Source: Chiloscyllium plagiosum (taxonomy: Eukaryota). From it: DNA of 64,000 bases. Location: NCBI RefSeq assembly GCF_004010195.1, contig NC_057718.1:46677274-46741273 (forward strand), read 5' to 3'. Below the pieces are notes generated by a model. That model made no database searches and was not told the origin of the DNA. It saw only the letters and a program-made list of their open reading frames with translations. Both the position numbers and the translations under genes were made by a program. Shown piece by piece: positions 40,124 through 53,236 of the stretch; within the stretch, counting starts at the first letter, position 1; every line of letters begins with the position of its first letter.

Positions 40124-42535
40124 TGTTTTATGCATAATTTGCCTTTAAGAGAATTCGCTTTTAAGGACTCCATATGTTGTGTACAAAGAAACATTGTCTT
40201 CATGTTTCTTAGGCTGCTTTGGAAATTAATTGGCTTGCTGTAATGTCTGCTTTATAATTTAAAATCTGTTTTGCTGTTTTAAATAAATTAATCCACAGAG
40301 TTAATCATTCTCTGCTGAGCGATTGATTATTAGACCATTATCACTAATATGACATTGTGAATATCGGTGGCATAAGATTGTAGTGATGAGACCCATTGTA
40401 TTTGAACAGTCAGCAAGCAAGTTAATCTGCAGGTGGAGCACTTTAGAATTATTACTACTGTTGACAGTGCACAAGCAACAATATCCAACTCATGCAAATT
40501 CTAAGAAATATGTACCCATAGTCATGGGAAGCCATGACAAAGCCAATGAATGTAAAGTTCAGCATTTCCCGGTTCCAGGATCAATATGTTGAAGTGGAAG
40601 TACAATCAATTTTCCTGAACATTATAGATGTTCTACATCACAGACACTGCGGGACCAGCAACTGCAGGTTTATCAGCATGCTATGAATCACAATCCAAGG
40701 AATCAGTCAAACTTCAGAGATACTATAGGGACTGCAGCAGACTGTTCAACGAACATTCACAGAATTGAAGAGAAAATAAACATTTCATTTTCTTCTGAAC
40801 TCGTGGAGCTAAGATCTCAGCTCTCTGCCAAGGAGAGGAAAATGGAAGTTCAAGAGAAAAAAAAACTCAGGACAAATCCAAACTTGAGGAGCCCATCCCT
40901 GAGATGGCAAACTCTTTAGAGGTCACCTCTGCTCAACTAACAACAATGAGTAAAGGGCTGGAATAGAAAAAAACCCAGAAAATATAACAATCTACAAGCT
41001 CTGTATCACCAGTCTATAGGGTGATCTGGAGCAACTTGCAGGTAAAACATATCAGACTCAGCACAAGTAATGACAGAAATACTGGCACAAGTTTAAACCA
41101 ATGCTAGAGAAAATCTCAGACCTGCAAAATCAGCTGGAGATACACAGCACACATAAGGAGCTGCAAATCACTCATGAGACAGTACTTGTAGAAATCAAGG
41201 CCAACAACAACATTCTAGTGAAGGAGCTTAAGCAGGACATAGAGGAAACCAAATAACCACTGAACATAGAACATAGAAGTGGAAGAGGTCCAGGCTTTCA
41301 AGAAAACACAAAGGAAAAAACATTGGAGAGACTTGATTGTTAAAGGAGGTGAATGAGAAATTATACTGGACCCGCAGAAAACAGAAGGGCTTGATTGAAT
41401 TAGAAACTCTTATGGAACAAAACAATAAAGACCAAGAACATTTGAACTACTTGACACAGGTTGAGGAATGAGATCAGTCTAGAACCAAGTCTAGCTGTAG
41501 TGTATCAGGATAGAGTAATTCTGGAACAGTAACTGCAGTCCATGAAAGAAAGTCCTCCAAAATCACTATCGCATGACCTGGACAAATCAGCAATTTACTC
41601 ATACATTATTGAGCCTTATACGGTCTCTTATGGTAAATAGTTAAACTTCCTTGGAAAGAGGGAGATTTGTATTGTTATGGACTAGACCAAACTCCCTTCA
41701 AATATATTAAGAAAATAGCTTAGATCCCATTTTTTTCTTATTTTAAAGACAAATGCCAAGTGTTGTGTTCTGGATGCAATTCAATTGGTCAAACTAACAG
41801 GCTCAAAAGCAATTCAGACTTTATTCTTACACTATAGTTAAATTACAAACAAAAGAAAGAAGAAGTGGAATAATTTAACTCTTTGGGAAACTTAATAGAA
41901 TAATAGGTTATTTAACTACCAAACAGCAAATTGGTCAAATAGGTTATTTAACTACTAAACAAATAGATTATCACATGTACAATTTTCCAGCGCAGGAAGA
42001 AAGAATATCGAGAGAGAGAGAGAGAGAGAGAACCGAAGTGTTTTGCTGTAGCAGGGAGAGATGTAAAGCAGTTTCCAAACTACAACAGCTCCAGAAAGTT
42101 AAACTGAAACTCTAGTTCTTTGGGAGCTTGACCCCACCCCTTCATGCTGCTTCTATTGTTCAAACTTTTAAAAAAAACAAGGCCTCACAAGCTGTTTACT
42201 TACTGGCTTGGAACAGACTGCTTTCCGCCTCTGTCTCAACCTCTCTTCATAAAATAAAGGTCAAAATACACCTCTTAAATACACCATTGTGTTATCACAG
42301 TATGTTTACCTTGCCTTTAAGGGAATTCACCTTTAATTACTCTGTTTTGTGTTTGCAAATTTGCAACTTTTCTTGGCAAGTTGTCTCCTTTGGGTTTGCT
42401 AACTGAACACAGGGAAATCAGCTGACTTGCTGCAACATTTGCTTTCTATGTTATATCATGTTTCATGTTTACATAAACATACTCACGGAGTTAATCGCTG
42501 ACAAGCAATTGATTGTTAGACCACTATCATTAACA
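40124..42535 (+). mobile_element. Small old LTR element with a coiled-coil ORF remnant; 3' LTR split by a solo LTR
   Basis: 40124-40349 resembles 41668-41672 + 42304-42535 (ttgcctttaag.gaattc; gagttaatc..attgatt.ttagacca.tatca.taa.a); purine tract ggaaagagggaga just before 41668. Confidence 0.6.
41673..42299 (-). mobile_element. Solo LTR (Gypsy-like) with 4-bp TSD
   Basis: Starts TGTTAT, ends ATCACA; GTAT at 41669-41672 and 42300-42303; minus-strand AATAAA near 41820; internal (GA)n. Confidence 0.75.
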
Positions 42536-42958
42536 TGGCTATCACTGAAGATGCCTCCATGGCATTCTGTCATTCCTGCTGATGTCCAGATGCCATTCAA
42601 CTGGTTGGGGCCCATCTTCACAGTCACATTGAACACACTGTGTAATATTTTCATGGTTTTGCAGAAATGGCATGTGTTTCTTCAACAGAGTTGGCAAATT
42701 ACAGCAAAGCATGTAATTTTTAAGCTGCAGAAGGGCCATAATAACTATCAAAACTCCCACATGAGATGGACTCCAGGATATTGCATATCCATGAACAACA
42801 GCATTGGAGATCAATTACTCACTTTTGCTGAAAGTGTGCAGGATGTGCTAACTTTCATTCCTTAGAGTAAGCATTATGGGATGTCTCCACCCAGCATGTT
42901 TGTTATGAGGTAAATGTCCAAATACCACCACATTCAGGACAAATTTGACTTTTATAAC

Positions 42959-42964
42959 TTTATT
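42959..42964 (-). promoter_or_regulatory. Probable polyadenylation signal of a minus-strand host gene
   Basis: AATAAA on the minus strand, downstream GU-rich tgaatgtggtggtattt, upstream U-rich and TGTA-containing sequence. Confidence 0.55.
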
Positions 42965-43489
42965 AAAACATTTCATGCATGGTGTAAAAGGTACACATTT
43001 TTCATCATCAAAACATGCAAGTCTGAAACAACATTGATTCTTATATTCATTAAAAACGCAGTTCACAAGTGTAATAAATAGAAATATTTTAGCCAAGGTC
43101 AGTTAACAATTACTTTGTAACAAATCAATTTATGGCCAAAGGTTTCAAGCACAATATATCAAGTAATAAAAAAATTTGCATTCAAAAAAATGTTTAAAAA
43201 ATTCAGAGGAGCTTGTGTGTCACAGTTTGTTCTCACATTTTTGATCCTGGCCCCAGTGCAGTAATTCTAATGCTGCCCCATTTATTCACTACTGTAAAGC
43301 AGCTTTTGATTAGGGTAAAGCAACATGCTTTTTAAAAACACCTTTATCAACACTGAAGAAGTGGAAGATCAAAGAGTTGTCAAATATTAAATGCAATTCT
43401 TAAAAATTCATTGAGGAAACATTGCTGTCCTTCATGATTAACATCACTTTTATAAAACATATCTCTTAAAACGATAAATACTTTTTAAA

Positions 43490-43750
43490 ATTCATTCTCA
43501 GGTTTGGGCATTGCTGGCATGACTGGCATTTCTTACATATCCTGATAAGATGGCGGTGTGCCTTCTTCTTGAGTGGTTGCAGTCCATGATTTGTTACAGA
43601 TGAATGGCTCACTAGGCAACTTCAAAGAGCTGTTAAGTGACAAGCATATAGATGTGGAACTTGACTTATATATAGGTTAAGGTTAGGTATCTTTTTTCCC
43701 TAAAGCACATTAGTGAAGCAATTCAGCTTTTATACAACAGTTGGCTTTAT
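43490..43750 (-). mobile_element. Old SINE within the putative UTR
   Basis: Similar to 52680-52900. Confidence 0.55.
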
Positions 43751-45829
43751 GGTTATCTCATATTTTAAAAGAAAACTTATACCATCTTTCTTTTAAAACA
43801 GGATTCAACAATCATTTTAAAAGGCATGTATTAATAAAATAACTTTGAGCTTTAAACTGGAGTCGCTGTTTTATGGGATATGAAAACAATGTTGAATACT
43901 GAGAAGTGAACAAACAGTATGGGTTCCAACAGCCAGGTTACACAGAGAACATTATTGTGCATAAAATACACCATGGCCTCATTTTCACACACACGGGCAA
44001 ATCATGCCTGCTGGTGTAACTTGCACTGTGGGGTCCTCTTTCATAAATGGGAAGTATTTACACATACACATACACCTTTATTCTAAGCTGCTTGTAAGAA
44101 CACACAGCTTCCTAAGGCAGCAATACATAGAAGATGCTTTGTATCCTTTACCACCAACCTTCCCACAGGCCTTACAATTTTGGACGTTGAAGTTATAACA
44201 CAAAAATACCCTCAGGTTTCTTCAACTTGGAAAGACTAATGACCATTTATAAAGACAAATATTGAAAATGATTGGCACTTGGGGCCCTCGCTATTTTCAC
44301 CTGTCTTTCACCATATCGCTTCAACATGTTTCTAAGCTTCCTCAGTTTCAGAGGTAGGCCAAATGACTCCTCAAGCCTGCTCTGCCATTCTGCTCTAACC
44401 ATACAGTATATTCCTGGATTCCCAATAGTGTCCAAACATGACCAGCCCAATAGGGTTTTCGCTGAACTTTCAGATGAAATAGCACACTAATCACCCAAGC
44501 TGGATTCTAGGGAATACTTCAATACAAACTTTCAAATCACAAGTAGTGAATGCACAAAGAATGGCAGTGGCAGTTTATGATAAGATGGAACCTGTGCTTG
44601 CAAAAAAACCTGGAGAAGAATCTGCTATAGTAGCTCTTAACTACTTGACAAGAACAGTTTAAAATTAATTCATCTAAAAATATGAAATGTTTGGAAATGA
44701 AAGTCAATGAAACTTTGCCTTCTATGGTTGAATGCAACTTTTGAATGATTGTTGTCAAATTTAAGGGCTGATTGGTTGGGTCAGAGAGTATTCTTGCTAT
44801 CTCTTTTCTGTACAGTTGACACAAAAGAATATAAATACGTATTTTTTTGAACCATAAGTCTCAATGCTCCCTATCAATTGTTATAAAAAATTCTTACAAT
44901 CTAGTAAAAAATAATGGCTGAAGTATATTTGGAGTGTGAGAAGCTGAACTCAGAGCTTGTAGACATGATAGAATAAAGCTTCTAGAATCTGCTTCTTGTT
45001 GTTTTTATATCAATACATATTGACTGCCCTTCTTTCCCGAACAAAACCCTCACATTGGCTACCTTGAAATATGAAGAAAGCACCTTGTAATTTGTTTGTC
45101 AACAATGTGTATTCTAAAAATAAAGTAGAAAACTCTAATATTGTAGCAAGAATACAGAAAATACAGTGGAATGGAGGTGGCGCTTTATAAGAGTTTGTTG
45201 GACAGTTCTGACAGTAAGATCTGCAATTGGAAAATAAGTCTCTGGAAAAGTTTAAGTTTCAAGATGCAACATCATTTTATTTTGATTCTAGCTTTCCCAA
45301 ATAAGACAAATGCAGTCATCAAGACTTGCAACTAAGATGTAAGACTATTTTAAATGCAAATTACTTTATGTCCAAACCAAAGACTCCATATTATATGATT
45401 AAGGGTTTTGTACTTCTCTCTGATCTCAAAAAAATTACTAAAGCCAAAATAAGTTGAAAAAGGAACCTCAATGTTTGATTTCAATTTCATCTCTTGGTAT
45501 GGTATAAAAGAAACAGATCCTAGCAGCATTCCAATCTCTGTTTCTGACAATGAAGAATTTTCAAACCTTGCTCTAGTCCAGAGTCCAAACTCTGAATTTC
45601 TGTGTTGATGGCCAATAGGGGTGTGTGTGTATCTGTGTGTACCCTTTCTTTATGAACCACAGAAATCCACAAAATCCCAAATGTTATATGACTGACTATC
45701 CCACTTACTGATACGACAGCCATTGGAGACATGTTCATATTGAGTCCTGTCAGACTGCTGTTTTCATCTCTTGCCACTATCCACTAAGTGGTATATGAAA
45801 CTTTGAAAATGATAACAAAGATTTGGTTA

Positions 45830-45962
45830 AAAATCACACAACACCAGGTTATAGTCCAACAGATTTATTTGGAAACCAAATAAACCTGTTGGACTATAAC
45901 CTGGTGTTATGTGGCTTTTAACTTTGTACACACCAGTCCAAAACCGGCATCTCTAAATCATG
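45830..45962. mobile_element. Short hairpin insertion with 15-bp TSD
   Basis: Inverted arms 45826-45922 (caccaggttatagtccaacag / ctgttggactataacctggtg); TSD acaaagatttggtta at 45815-45829 and 45963-45977. Confidence 0.85.
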
Positions 45963-47040
45963 ACAAAGATTTGGTTATTTGTGGATCTATATACAGAATG
46001 CTATGGGAGGTATGGGAAGGGAGTGATCTGATTCATAGACTACAGTCTACTCTGGTGTATAAGAGCTTTAGAAACAGGGAAGGCCTGGATAAAATAAATG
46101 GTCCCATGTGAAAAGGATAGAATTTGCTCAGCTATCTCTGCTTGAAGAGCAAAGTCACCAAGAGCCTGATCACCTTGTCAAAGTTTTCAAAAGCTTGGGC
46201 TCCTTGTCACAAGTAAATGGGATCTCAAGTCAAACATTAAGATGCCAAAGTGTGACTGGGGTTCTACCAGGCAGAACTTGGATGATTCCGAACTCCAGCC
46301 ATTTTCAAACACTACAAAACAATCAGAATTAGGACCCAATTTTTAAATTGCTGTTGACCCCAGAAATGTTGAGGACAATTATGCCCACACCACAGGCTTG
46401 ACTGATGTTAGCTAACAAAGTACAAACCAGCGATCCTGGTCAATTTGGTTGGTGTCTTTACCCCCCAAAAAACACAAAAATATTGGTTTGCTCCATTTTT
46501 TCTAAGTTGTATAAAACATTTACAAACCACACAGAAAATGATTATTAACAGTTGCTCTGGAGAATGTTTTCTTTTTCTCTCTTCCATTGGTAATTTCGAG
46601 TACTGGTAGTAAACTTTTTCCCACAACTGTTCTCTATTGCTTTACTAGTCTTTAAAATTATTCACCTATTCCTATTTACAGTACAAGTATCAGCCACTGT
46701 TTAAGCATTAAGGAAGCACTGCTGTCAGACTTTCAGTCAAGCATTAAGTGTTGGGTTCACACCATAATGCCTTGGCAATTACAAACCAATAATAGGAATA
46801 CTAATCACAGTGCTACAACTGGGGAACTGAACTGTGTACATTTTAAAAAATATAAGTTAGATGAATGAGTTAGTATCCCACTTGTTATTAAGCTACTGGT
46901 TCTGTAGTCCAAGCAAAAAAGTGTACACAAATCTTCATAAATAACGTTGATCTGATACAACAAACGACTGGAAAGTAAAGTGCAAGAGAAAGCACCATTG
47001 AAGATTATGAAAAAGTACCAGCTTTCACTCCATGGCTTCT

Positions 47041-47113
47041 TTAGATACGGATTTGATATCCAACATCATTCAATGTGCTGAGTTCTGCTGGCTTCTTTTC
47101 TGTTATTGCAGGT
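47041..47113 (-). CDS. Putative terminal coding exon of an unidentified host gene: (x)PAITEKKPAELSTLNDVGYQIRI*
   Basis: Strong acceptor ttctgttattctttcag at 47114 (minus strand); frame open to TAA at 47043-47041; followed by UTR-like sequence. Confidence 0.55.
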
Positions 47114-49989
47114 CTGAAAGAATAACAGAATGAACAGTCTAAGAATTAGGTTTGATTTTAGAACCTATAGACATACAATTTAAACTCAGATCAATAGATC
47201 AGACATGTTTAGTATTTATGACTTAAAATCAGTCTTGCCTTGATTACATGGTCTGCACAGAATTATATAGGGCTTTTGCTCAGTTGCACCCTGAGACTGA
47301 TAGAACCTGACCTATTTTATGATGCTAATTGAGCTTCTTCTAATATTAGTATAGTGTACAGGGTGTGATTCACTGTGAATATGTAAAGATTATACTAAGC
47401 TGATGGCTCAAAGTATCCAAGTTTTAACAGACTGGTGGATTTCCTTAATAGGGAACTGGATGAAAAAGTTAAAAAAAACACTGGCTGCAAGGCACATGGA
47501 CACACTGGCTCCAGTTTTAGGAGGTGGTCTAAATTTATTTCTTGCAGAGCAATTAAACAGCTTCATGTAAACAGGTAGCCACCAAAGAGGCTCAGGAATA
47601 GTTACGAGTAACTGATCTCCACTTTATTCAAGTTTGAAGGCCAAGGTATAGGAGGAAAGTTCTCACAAAGCATTCATTTCTATTGGGCATTCTACAGTAA
47701 TACATGAACATTGTGGGGCGGTCCTTTAGTTTACATAAAATCCAGGCTTGCATCAAGTCTAGCACAGAGCAAGAGCATATGAAAACACAACTCATGAACC
47801 AGACACTCCATAGACCTGAACGCCCAACACAGCCGCCAGTGTCTGATGTGTAGCAGTGCTGTAGGCCACAAAGGATTGTATTATAGGCTTTAGATTTAGT
47901 CCATAGATACAAAAGATTATTTTTGACGTAATAAGTTACCTGACCACAATGTTTAAAATACAGATTGCAGGCAGAAGTCACATGAATACCACACTATGGG
48001 GAACTATGGAAACCTATGCAGATATGCTCGCAGCTGTTATGTGTCAGTTGAGTCTTTCACAAGTATAGGAAACCTTCTGTAATTCAATAGACAGAAACAT
48101 TTCTTTTAAATTTCTTACACACTTCGGTTGAAAGTATTTAAATAAGTTTAAACTGTTTTACAGATGTCTGGTATCATTTTTATTTACATCATCTATACAA
48201 ACTATTTGTATCTTGACTTAGCTAAAGGTAAATAGAAAAGTGCAGATCTTTGGCTATTTCTCAATAAGGCATTACTCAGTTATTAGACTGTGACCCATAT
48301 TAACCAGCAGGGCTAATATTTTACAGAAAGAAAATTTTAAAACAAAATAAGCAAACATTAAAATAAAAGAGGATGAATATTTAAGGAATTAGCCATTACA
48401 ATTCTGAAAAATGTTCTACAAGCCATTAGGTGTTGACAAACCTATATCCTATTGAATGTTAGTATCATGGAATCATTCATTACCTGATAATTAGAGAACA
48501 GAAGGAGGCTTTTTGACCTATTGTTAGCCCTTAAAAGGAACAATTCATATACTACTGCCCTGCCCTGCCAAATCCATGCACATTGCTCCCTTTGAGATAA
48601 GCATCATAGAATTTTATCACACAGTAAAATTAAATTAGAATTCCATCTAGGATTGATTCACCATTTAAGATCCGAGCTTGTCTGAAAACAGATATATTGC
48701 GAAATTGTTGCATTGGCAAGCAATTATATTAATAAAGATACCTGGTCAGAGTAGAAAAGCTTGGACCACATATCAAAAATAAATATTTTTAAAAAAACTT
48801 AACCTACTCACAGCCCCCAAGAAACACAATACCACTCTGCTGATTTGAAGACTTCAGGCCTTTCCAGATTTCAGTAGTCACTCAGAAAGATGATAAACTA
48901 AGTTGGCATTTACAAAACCATAACCAAGTGCCAATTGTCACAATGGATAGAATTGCATCAAATACACTGCAATGGCAGCCTTCCCCCTCATAAGATGATA
49001 ATTTGTATCGTGGAGGTTAATTAGATCACAGACCCGCAGGAGCAGAAAGTCCTTAGGGACTCCAGCAGTAACAGGTGTGCAGTTCGTGGTGGGCAAATGC
49101 TTGACATTAATGATTAGTAAATTAACTAGCGTTCCAAATATAAGACCCTTAGTGCAGCCAACAATTGCTGTTAATAAGATCTATCCAAAAGCAAGCACAA
49201 ATATTGCAATACACAGTCATGGTATTTGAATAAACTAAATTAGAAAAAGATGTGAAATCTATTCAGCTCAGCAGTTCTTGTTCAGTCCCAACAGAAACTG
49301 AATGACTTTACAATCTGACAGCTTTCCTGAAGTATTTTAAATTACCTCAAAATAGCAACAAAATACTTTTGTACAAATATTAAAACAGAGCTACTTTTTA
49401 AAGTATTGGAAATTGAAACTTCTAAAATACCTTCCAATTGACTATTAGGTTTCAGTAAGTGTAATGTATTCTACCAAATCAACAGACAATCTGGCATTGC
49501 TTTAGCTCTGATAATGAACTCTCAGTAAGCAATAATTCCAAGAAAAAGAGAGACCCACCCTGTTATAGCCAAAAAGCCAAAACTTGAGAAGGGACATTCC
49601 ACACAGATTTGGGTACTGTGTGTCTACAACACTCTTTAGGCACTTCAAGAACATAATCTTAGTTTGCTTAAAATATTGTTTGGATTGAGCCTAATTTTAT
49701 TGACAGCTTTTGGGATCATATTAACACAGTAGAGGGGATTTGTTTCATTGTGTTGGTTGAGGTTTAGTAAGCAAGATATTTTATATAAATGCTTGGAAAT
49801 TTTGTGTGATAATTTTATCTTTGAGACTTGCCTATGTGTTGCGTTGAAAACAAACGTAATTTGCAGGATCTTAACCCCTCACACATTTGACATTTGAAAT
49901 TATATTTATGATGGATGCAATCTGCCATATGACAGCAACAAATTAAGACACATTAAAGAATGCCCTTTCAAAGAACTGTCAAAATAGTT

Positions 49990-52400
49990 GGATAGAAATT
50001 GTAGGGGGTTTCAACTTCCCTCATATTAACTAGGGTAGTCATAGTGCGAAAGGTCTTGAGGGAATGTAATTCTTAAAATACATCCAGCACAGCCTCTTAA
50101 GCCAGTATGTAGAATACCCTAAAAGAAAGTCCTTAACTTAATTTTTTAGTAACAAAGCCAGGCAAGTGGTTCAAGTAACAGTGGGAGAGCATTTTTCAGA
50201 CAGTGATCGTAACTCAGTTAGATTCAAGATTATTATGGTTAAAGACAAACATGGGCCTAAAATCTAAGTTTTAGATTGAGAGCAAGGCCAATTTTAATAA
50301 GATCAGATATGATTTGGCCAAAGTGGATCAGGAGCAGATACTTTTAGGTAAATCTGTGTCAGCCCAGAAGGAGGATTTCAAGAAGGAAGTAGGGAGATTA
50401 CAGGGCCAACATTGTTCTAATAAAGATAAAAAGTTCGCCTAACAAATCCAATGAATCCTGGATATCAAGGGATATACAGAATTGAATAAAGAGGCTTATG
50501 GCAGATATTGAGGCCACAAAACAACAGAAGTCCTAGAGGAGTACTGAATGTGCAAGGGCAAATTTAAAAAGGAAATAAGGAGACCAAAAAGAAGGCATCA
50601 AAGAATTGCGGCAGGCAAAAATAAAGGAAAGCCCTTAGTTATTTTGCAGGTACATTAAAGTAAAAGGGTAACTAGAGAAATAGTAAGGCCTATTAAGAAT
50701 CACATGGTAATTTGTGCATGGAGCCAGCAGATGAGGATAGGGTTCTAAAAGATTACTTGTGTCTGTGTTTATTAGTGAGAGGGACAATATGGTTATAGAA
50801 GTCAGGGAAAAGGACTGTGATATACTTTAAAAAATCAGCATTGACAGAGAAGAGATTCTGAGTAGTCTGGCAGGCTTAAGAGTAGATAAACTTCTAGACC
50901 AGATGAAATATATCCCAGGCTATTCAGTGAGTCAAGGGAGGAAATAGCAGAGGAGCTGGCAATAATTTTCAATTCCTCTCTGACCACAGGAGAGGTGCCA
51001 GAGCACTGGAGGACAGCCAGTGTGGTACTGTTATTCAAGAAGGGAGCAAGTAATAAATCAGGACTGCGAGCCAGTCAGTCTAGCCTCAGTGATAGGGAAA
51101 CTATTGGAAGCAATTCTGAGGGACAGAATTAATCTGCACTTGGAGAGGCAGTGAGTAATCAAGAATAGTCAGCATGGTTTCGTTGAGGGGAGATTATATC
51201 TGACCAATTTGATTGTGTCAAAGAGATGATCGAATGTGTAGATGAGGGCTAGCTATTTGATGTAGTATACTTGGAGTCAGCAAGGCTTTGGCAAGGCGTG
51301 GCATGAAAGGCTGATAGCAAAAGCAACAGCCCATGAGAGCCAAGGAAAATTGAATCCAGAATTGGCTCAGTGGCAGGAAGCAGAGGATGATGGTCAAGGG
51401 CTGTTTTTTTTTTGTGCCTGGAAGTCTGTGTCCAGTGAGGTTCTGCAAGGATTAGTGTTGGGGCTCTCACTATTTGTGATACATGTAAACAATTTAGACT
51501 TGAATGTAGGAGGGTTGATCAGTAAGTTTGTGGATGAGACAAAAATTGGTTGGGTGGTAAATAATGAGGATTAAATTACAGAATGGTATAGATAGGCTGG
51601 TCAAATGGGCTGATGAGTGGCAAATGGAATTCAATCCAGAGAAGTGTAAGGTTATGTGCTTGGGCAGGACAAACAAAGCAAGGGAATATACAATGAATGG
51701 TAGTTTCCTGAAATGCACTGAGGATCTGAGGAACTTTGGTGTACATGTCCACTAGTCCCTGAAGGTAGAGGGTCAGGTAGATAAAGTGGTTAAGCAGGCA
51801 TATGAGATACTTGCTTTTATTAGTCAAGGTATAGAGTTTAAGAGAATTGAGGCGAACACTGGAACTGTAAAAAAAAGTTGGTCAGGCCACAGTTAGAGAG
51901 TCAGAGTATGAAGGATATTTACCAGCATGTTGGCTGGCCTGGAGAATTATAATTATGAAGAGAGATTAGATCATTTGGGGTCATTTTCCTTGGAGCAGGG
52001 GACACTGAGTGGTGCTGGGTGGCGGTGGTGGTAGTGGTAGGGCTAGGGAGAACAATATTGAGAAATGTAGAGTGTAGACAGAAGGAAGCTTTCCCGCCCC
52101 CAGTGGGCAGATCAATAACTGGGGGCATAGATTTAAGGTAAGGGGCAAGAGATTTAGAAGGAATGTGAGGACATTTTTATTTACTCGGAGGCTGCTGGGA
52201 ATCTGGAACTCACTGACTATAAGGGTGATATAGACAGAAACACTCAATTATTAAGCAGTATTTATGTACCCATCTGCAATGTGAACACATACAAAGATGT
52301 GGGTGAAGTCCTGGTAAATGGGATGAGAATAACTGATTGTTTTGACTAGCGCAGACTCAATGAGCTGAAGGGTCTTCTTTCTGCAGATCTCTGTGGCTCT
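49990..52400 (+). mobile_element. Old, long CR1 LINE (endonuclease end through 3' UTR), many stops
   Basis: GGFNFPHIN, EHFSDSD.N, WRTASVVLLFKKG, QHGF, LVLGLSLFVIHVNNL, FVDETKIG, WQMEFNPEKCKVM. Confidence 0.9.
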
Positions 52401-52679
52401 GAAGAAGTTCAAAGTTAACTTGGTAACAATCAAATTGTCTCGAGATTTCAAATGTCACAGAATCTAACATTTTTTTTTGTATCTGGTAATCTGCATTTGT
52501 CTAATTAGAGACAATTAATGTTGGTACATGATAATAAAGTCTACAACCCCTGGGAAACCTCAGGGTAGAATTCCCCTAGAAGTTCCACTGTTAACTGCAT
52601 CCCCACAATTTGCATTTCATGAGATCATGACTAACAAACAGCTTGGATTTTAACTGGCTTGCTCGGGTTTTTTTATGTA

Positions 52680-52995
52680 CTCACAGGCTTAGCCAGCTTT
52701 TATGACCCATTCCTGAATGGCACTTGTGAGTTAACAGTTAGGACAGTTTAAAAGTCAACACGTTATTGAGGTTCTGGAGTCATATGTAAGCTTGGCTGGG
52801 TAAGGATGGTATTAGAGATATTAGATGGTATAGGGGCATTAGTGAACCAGATGGGTTTTTCCTGACAATCAACAACAGTTTTATGGTCATCATTAGACTT
52901 TTAAAATTCATTTTTGTCAAACTGAATTCAAATTCCATCATCTGCCATGGCAAGATTTGAACCTGGGACATTACCTGGGTCTCTGGATTAACAAT
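52680..52995 (-). mobile_element. tRNA-derived SINE
   Basis: Reverse complement contains caggttcaaatc (B-box) and the aaaaacccatctggttcactaatg core. Confidence 0.65.
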
Positions 52996-53009
52996 CGAGT
53001 GTGTGGTAT

Positions 53010-53236
53010 TGAATAGGAAAGGTTTAGAAGGATTTGGCCAATTGATGGAAAAGCACAGCAGGTCAGGCAGCATCCAAGGAGCAGGAGAATCGACGTTTCA
53101 GGCATAAGCCCTTAATGAGGAAGCCCTGATGAAGGGCTTATGCCCAAAACATCGATTCTCCTGCTCCTTGGATGCTGCCCGACCTGCTGTGCTTTTCCAT
53201 CATTTGGCCTATATCCTTCTAAACCTTTCCTATTCA
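53010..53236. repeat. ~105-bp-arm inverted repeat: PLE termini plus inverted CR1 flank
   Basis: tgaataggaaaggtttagaagg...gcataagccctt / aagggcttatgcc...ccttctaaacctttcctattca. Confidence 0.85.

Larger units (their letters stand above)
42945..47040 (-). other. Probable ~4.1-kb 3' UTR
   Basis: Repeat-poor, U-rich on the minus strand, lying between the stop at 47041 and AATAAA at 42959. Confidence 0.5.
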
